This document shows positions 23,090-27,385 of a stretch of DNA of 27,385 bases, piece by piece. Both the position numbers and the translations under genes were made by a program. The DNA comes from an uncultured Myxococcales bacterium (GTDB lineage: Bacteria > Myxococcota_A > Bradymonadia > Bradymonadales > Bradymonadaceae). Location of the stretch: assembly GCA_913058025.1 (NCBI GenBank), contig CAJXPN010000001.1, positions 1 to 27,385 on the forward strand, in the 5' to 3' direction. Each line of letters starts with the position of its first letter. Positions within the stretch are counted from its first letter, which is position 1. Below the pieces are notes generated by a model that saw only the letters and a program-made list of their open reading frames with translations, searched no databases and was not told the origin of the DNA.

Positions 23090-25609
23090 CGATCGCCGCG
23101 CGCTCTTGAGCGCCCCGGCGCGCACCAGCGCGTCGTCCTGGCTGAGCGCGCTCGCGCGGGTGAGGACCGTGTGGAGGAGCTGGTCGTCGTCGTGTGGCGC
23201 CCAGAGCGCGTCCTCGTCCCGGCGCTTCACGCCGCTCATGTCCACGGGGTGAGCTCCTTGTATCCAGACCACCGCGCCCGTGTGCAGGTCGATCCGATAG
23301 TCACAGACCTCTCCGCGGACCTCGGCCGTGTCGTGTCCGACCGTGACCCGCTGCGAGAGGCCGTTCACCTCGAGCGCGTCGACGAGCGCGTCACGCCTGG
23401 CGCGCGCCCGGACCAGGCCGCCCTCGCGAGCCCACGACACGCCTCGCGCGCTCGCCCAGGCCTGGAGCGTCTCGGGCGCGTCGTGCTCGCGCGCGCCCGC
23501 GACCTCGAAGAACATGTCCACGTCGCGCAGCAGCTCCGAGCGCAGCGCCGAGTCGATCGCGGCGAGCGGTTCGCCCAACGAGGTCTCCAGCGCGCCCGTG
23601 ATCGCGTACGTGTAGACCCCCGCGCCCGTCATGAGCGAGGGCTCCTCGACCGGCTCGAGCGTGAACCCGACCTTCACGCCCCACTCCGCGTCCTCTCGCA
23701 CCGCCCGAGGGTCCGAGCCCCACGCCCCCTGGAGCTTGTAGGCCCACCGGCGCGACTTACACAGCGCCGCGAACTGGTGCTGCCGCACGACCCGCTGGTC
23801 CACGCGCAGCGCCTCCGTGTTCGCCTCGTCTCCGGTCGAGAGCTCGTAGACCTCCCGGTACGCCTGGCGGAACGGCTGGGTCTGCCCCGTGCGCGCCAGC
23901 GCGCCACGCCACGCGCGGACCTCCTCCAGCGGCGCGCGCGCCGGGTGCCACAGGCGCGCGGTCGACCAGGCGTCGAGCCCCTCGACCTCCGCTCCTCTCG
24001 GGCCCACGAGCGCGCCGCTGGCCTCGTCCCACATCCCGGAGCAGAGGCTCCCGTCGGCGCGCTCGAGCGACCAGATGAGGCGGCGTGAGAGCAGCCCCAC
24101 GAGGGGGTGATCGAGGTAGCGCGCGCGCCACTTCTCGAGCGACCACCTGCGCGGGCTCGACATCAACGACTCGAGCCTGTCGCGCTGCGCGTGCAGCAGC
24201 GACTCGAGCTCCTTGACGCGCACCTCCAGCCTGGCCAGCGCCTCCGGGTGCTGTGCGCGCACCGACTTCGGCGCGGTCTTCTGCTCCCGGGCCGGCGCCG
24301 GGGCCTCGAGCAGCGTGAGTTGTGTGGTCGCCGCGCGGCTCCAGGTCACGCCGACCTTGAGGCGCTCGCCCACCTCCATACGCGCGTCCCACAGGCCAAA
24401 GCGCGTGACCGACGCTCCGAACCTGTCGAGCCTGCAGCCCGGCACCGAGAGCTCCTCGAGCTCGCGCTCGTCGAGGTCCATCCGCCCGGCCATCCGAGAG
24501 AGCGCCCGCTCCACCTGCGTGCGCGCCGCGCGGTACTCGAGCTGGAGCTCGAGCCGCCACAGCTGCCCCGCCGTGGCGACCTCGTCGACCTCGCCCAGCG
24601 CGCGGATGCACGCGTTGCCCAGCTTCGGGGCGCGAGGTCCCACGCGCGCCAGCTTCCTGTAACAGGTCAGCGCGAGGTCCCCGAGCACCCCCGCGAGCAC
24701 GTCGTCCATCAGCGGAACACACATCCACACGAGCCCGCGCGCGAGCTCCTCGTTCCTCGGGCTCACCAACGTGCGCTCGGCCGAGGGCAGCGCGATCGCG
24801 CTCAGCTCCAACGCGCTGCGCTCGCCGACCCTCGGGAGCCAGCGCACCAGCGCTTGCCTCAGCGCGTCCTCCCCGACCGCCTCGACCTTCTTCTCACGCT
24901 GCGTGAGCCACCTCTTCGAGGGCTTGGGGCGGTCGTTCGGGAGGCAGCCAAGGAGCGCCTCCCACGCCCCCCTCTTCTCCTCGCTCATCGCGTCGAGCTC
25001 GCCCCACAGCGCGTCCGCCCAGGGCTCGCCGAGCTGGATGAATGGCCTGTGGAGCCCCTCGCGAGCCCTCGCGAGGCGCGCCAGCAGCGTCCGATGGTCT
25101 GGCGCGTCCTCTTCCCAACCCTTCGCACCCAGCGCCTCTCCGATCGCGTCGCTCAGCTCCACGGTCAGGCCCTCGCGCGCCAGCGCGTCCTCGGTCGCGC
25201 GGATCACTGGGCCCCAGGGCGTCGCGTCCTTTCGCGCGTGGGTGGCCGCGCTGAGCGACTCGAGCAGGCTCGCGCACCCGCCGATCGAGACCTCGTCCGT
25301 CCGGCCGAGCAGCCCCTCGAGCGCCTTCGACAGGACCACGAGCTTCCCCTCGCGCGCGCCGTACACCCGCTCGCTCACCCACGCGTAGCGCACCCCGAGG
25401 GCCTCGAGCGCGTCCTCCCCTAGCTCGTGGAGCGCGTCGAGCGTCTCGACCCCTCCTCGCAACCTCGCCTCCACGCGCAGGTGCGCCTCGCGCAACCTGT
25501 CGTCGTCGTAGACGGGGAAGCCGTCGCCGCAGATCACCTCGGCGAGCTCGTCGCTCACCCTCCGGTCGACCTCCTCGTAGCTCGACCCGCTTCGCTCCAT
25601 CTTCTTCAT
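23084..25609 (-). CDS. DUF4132 domain-containing protein
   Basis: RGLVWMC...GPRAPKLGNACIRALG...LDERELEELSVP, WSLEKWRARYLDHPLVGLLSRRLIW and RLWHP...VRAWR...QPFRQAYREVY are patterns I recognise from DUF4132 proteins. GGGAG RBS before ATG 25609 (ORF track 25660). Confidence 0.8.
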   Translation of the reverse strand: MKKMERSGSSYEEVDRRVSDELAEVICGDGFPVYDDDRLREAHLRVEARLRGGVETLDALHELGEDALEALGVRYAWVSERVYGAREGKLVVLSKALEGLLGRTDEVSIGGCASLLESLSAATHARKDATPWGPVIRATEDALAREGLTVELSDAIGEALGAKGWEEDAPDHRTLLARLARAREGLHRPFIQLGEPWADALWGELDAMSEEKRGAWEALLGCLPNDRPKPSKRWLTQREKKVEAVGEDALRQALVRWLPRVGERSALELSAIALPSAERTLVSPRNEELARGLVWMCVPLMDDVLAGVLGDLALTCYRKLARVGPRAPKLGNACIRALGEVDEVATAGQLWRLELQLEYRAARTQVERALSRMAGRMDLDERELEELSVPGCRLDRFGASVTRFGLWDARMEVGERLKVGVTWSRAATTQLTLLEAPAPAREQKTAPKSVRAQHPEALARLEVRVKELESLLHAQRDRLESLMSSPRRWSLEKWRARYLDHPLVGLLSRRLIWSLERADGSLCSGMWDEASGALVGPRGAEVEGLDAWSTARLWHPARAPLEEVRAWRGALARTGQTQPFRQAYREVYELSTGDEANTEALRVDQRVVRQHQFAALCKSRRWAYKLQGAWGSDPRAVREDAEWGVKVGFTLEPVEEPSLMTGAGVYTYAITGALETSLGEPLAAIDSALRSELLRDVDMFFEVAGAREHDAPETLQAWASARGVSWAREGGLVRARARRDALVDALEVNGLSQRVTVGHDTAEVRGEVCDYRIDLHTGAVVWIQGAHPVDMSGVKRRDEDALWAPHDDDQLLHTVLTRASALSQDDALVRAGALKSARRSS

Positions 25610-25894
25610 CGTCGGCTCCCAGGTGCGCGCCACGCGCGGCGCACGCTTCGGTTCGTTCACTCTTCAATCTAGCCCCGAGGTGGGTCGGGGTCGAAGGGGT
25701 GAGCGATCGCGATGCGAGCGGTATCCGGTGGAATGTACCGATGGGGTGACGTGCTTAGATTGACTGTCGCGCGCGATATGGCGCGCGAAGACGCGCCCGT
25801 GTTAACAAGGGCGCTCCAATGCACACAGTCCGAGGGGTAAGGTTCACTTCCCCTCGGTCGACACACGATACGACCGTCACACGAGGAGCAGACC

Positions 25895-26629
25895 ATGTCC
25901 TTTCAAGACGAGATGCACGATCGCGGCTACGTCCCCGTTCAGGACGCCGCCATCGATGCTCGCCTGAGCTTCATCCGCAAGACCTACGTCCACCTGACGG
26001 GCGCGATCTTCGCGTTCGCCGCGCTGCTCGGGGCCTGGCTCACGATCCCCTTCGGCCAGACCTCGATCGCGGGCGCGTTCACGCAGCTCGTGTTCAGCTT
26101 GCCGTTCGGCTGGCTCGGCGTCGTGCTCGCGTTCTCCGCGGTCGGCTGGTTGGCCGACTCCTGGGCGCGGAGTGAGCGCGGACCCGCGATGCAGTACCTC
26201 GGCCTCGCGGTCTACGTATTCGTCGAATCCATCATCTTCATGCCGATCATGTTCATCGCGACGGCGTACTCGGACCCGAGCGTCGTCCCGACCGCAGGCG
26301 GCCTCACGCTCATCGTCTTCGCGGGCCTGACCGTCTCGGTGTTCATCTCCAAGGCGGACTTCTCCTGGATGCGCAGCGGCCTCGTCATCGCGGGCTTCCT
26401 CGCCTTCGGCGCGGTCATCCTCGCCAGCATCTTCGGCTTCACGCTCGGCCTCTTCTTCTCGATCGGCATGGTGATCTTCGCCTCGGCCTCGATCCTCTAC
26501 TACACGTCCAACGTCCTCCATCACTACCGCACCGATCAGCACGTCGCCGCCTCGCTCGCGCTCTTCAGCGCCGTGGCCCTGCTGTTCTATTACATCCTCA
26601 GCCTCGTGATGAGCTTCGGCCGAGACTGA
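25895..26629 (+). CDS. Bax inhibitor-1/YccA (TMBIM) family membrane protein
   Basis: GAGGAG RBS; RLSFIRKTYVHL start; seven hydrophobic segments; DFSWM, ILYYTSNVLHHY and ALFSAVALLF-Y-ILSL match the family pattern. Confidence 0.92.
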   Translation: MSFQDEMHDRGYVPVQDAAIDARLSFIRKTYVHLTGAIFAFAALLGAWLTIPFGQTSIAGAFTQLVFSLPFGWLGVVLAFSAVGWLADSWARSERGPAMQYLGLAVYVFVESIIFMPIMFIATAYSDPSVVPTAGGLTLIVFAGLTVSVFISKADFSWMRSGLVIAGFLAFGAVILASIFGFTLGLFFSIGMVIFASASILYYTSNVLHHYRTDQHVAASLALFSAVALLFYYILSLVMSFGRD

Positions 26630-26666
26630 CCCTTCGGTCCACTCCATGCGCCCCGAGCGACCTCTT

Positions 26667-26700
26667 CGAGGCCGCGCCACCCACGGGTGGCGCGGCCTCG
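26667..26700 (+). terminator. Strong GC-rich hairpin after the BI-1/YccA gene, probable intrinsic terminator
   Basis: cgaggccgcgccaccc-ac-gggtggcgcggcctcg is a 16-bp perfect inverted repeat 37 nt after the stop. A pyrimidine tract (tctctctttcc) follows about 10 nt later; there is no classical U-run. Confidence 0.6.
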
Positions 26701-26736
26701 CGCGCTCTGGTCTCTCTTTCCTGGTGTTTGCATGTG

Positions 26737-26748
26737 TGTAATATTACA
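26737..26748. promoter_or_regulatory. Perfect 12-bp palindrome TGTAATATTACA, candidate repressor operator upstream of the hydrolase
   Basis: Self-complementary A/T-rich 12-mer in a GC-rich genome, 49 nt upstream of ATG 26798 and just downstream of a TTGCAT hexamer. Confidence 0.5.
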
Positions 26749-26797
26749 GTGGAGATGGTAATGCGCCGCGCAGGCGCCTCTCAGGACGTGACACATC

Positions 26798-27335
26798 ATG
26801 CCCATGGACAAGATGATCACTGGGTCAGTGGAGACCGCCGACGGCGCGAGCGTGTCGTACATGCGGTTCGGGATCGGTGAGCGCCGTCTCCTCTTCATCC
26901 CCGGCGCAGGCGATGGCCTGGCGGACGCGTCCGGCGCGGCCCGGCGGCTGTCCTGGTGGATGCGCGATCGCGCGCGCCGCTTCGACGTCCTCTACGTCAG
27001 CCGCCGTAACGGCCTCACCTCGGAGATCGGCCTCGAGCAGCAGGCCGACGACGTCGCGCGCGTGATGGAGTCGCTCTCCTTCGGCCCCGCGCTCGTCGAG
27101 GCCCAGTCGGCAGGCGGCTCCATCGGCCAGCTCCTCGCGATGCGTCGGCCCGACCTCGCCCCCGCGCTCGTGCTCTCTTCGAGCACCGCGCACCTCTCGC
27201 CGCACACGCGCGCGATGTGCGCGCGCTGGCTCGAGCTCGCGCAGGCGCGCGACTGGGATGGCTTCTTCGAGGCCACCGCGCCGGTCTTCTTCCCTGGCCC
27301 CACCGGCGCGATGCTCCGCAGCTTCAGCAGCCTCC
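26798..27335 (+). CDS. Alpha/beta hydrolase fold protein (3' truncated by adapter/contig end)
   Basis: VSYMRFG...LLFIPGAG (oxyanion-loop region), RFDVLYVSRR, EQQADDVA, nucleophile elbow LVEAQSAGGSIG, LAMRRPDLAPALVL. The terminal VSYTHLTLPTIYSV is adapter-derived. Confidence 0.88.
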
Positions 27336-27385
27336 CTGTCTCTTATACACATCTGACGCTGCCGACGATCTACTCTGTGTAGATC
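27336..27385 (-). other. Illumina Nextera adapter contamination (reverse complement of 1-49); not genomic
   Basis: CTGTCTCTTATACACATCT-GACGCTGCCGACGA-TCTACTCT-GTGTAGATC: mosaic end, Read-1 site, i5 index reverse complement, P5. Confidence 0.99.

Noticed and set aside
1-27385. Whole window as a Tn5-like composite transposon bounded by mosaic-end inverted repeats
   Set aside because: The repeats include the Illumina Read-1 site, i5 index and P5 sequence. There is no transposase and the cargo includes core mutS.

Overview
A very GC-rich (roughly 70%) bacterial contig. Gene content (Tad pseudopilins, large acidic IPT/TIG lipoproteins, an ExbD/TolR-like domain, a Hanks-type kinase fold, DUF4132) suggests a Myxococcota/Bradymonadia-like deltaproteobacterium; this taxonomy is inference. 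Both ends (1-49 and 27336-27385) are untrimmed Nextera i5 adapter rather than genome, so the terminal genes (GST, alpha/beta hydrolase) are truncated. Gene order: GST (partial) > ExbD-like lipoprotein > < two paralogous 6xIPT/TIG lipoproteins < five-gene operon (HEAT-like membrane protein, TadE-like, TadG-like, TadE-like, conserved-looking hypothetical) | mutS > CBM9/DOMON-like lipoprotein > < gamma-carbonic-anhydrase-like < winged-helix/pseudokinase < pseudo-receiver GGDEF | SRPBCC > < DUF4132 protein | Bax inhibitor-1/YccA > alpha/beta hydrolase (partial). Two candidates for new biology stand out. (1) A stand-alone Tad minor-pilin cassette with no secretion machinery in the window. It includes a TadE whose prepilin motif follows a 102-aa two-TM leader and a TadG-like protein with an 8-Cys/19-aa module, and it may be a swappable pilus-tip module of a Tad/Kil-type contact apparatus. 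(2) A Hanks pseudokinase (HRD->HGG, alphaC Glu->Ile) fused to a putative winged-helix domain and apparently co-transcribed with a gamma-CA. All family calls come from motif recognition by eye; no database searches were run.
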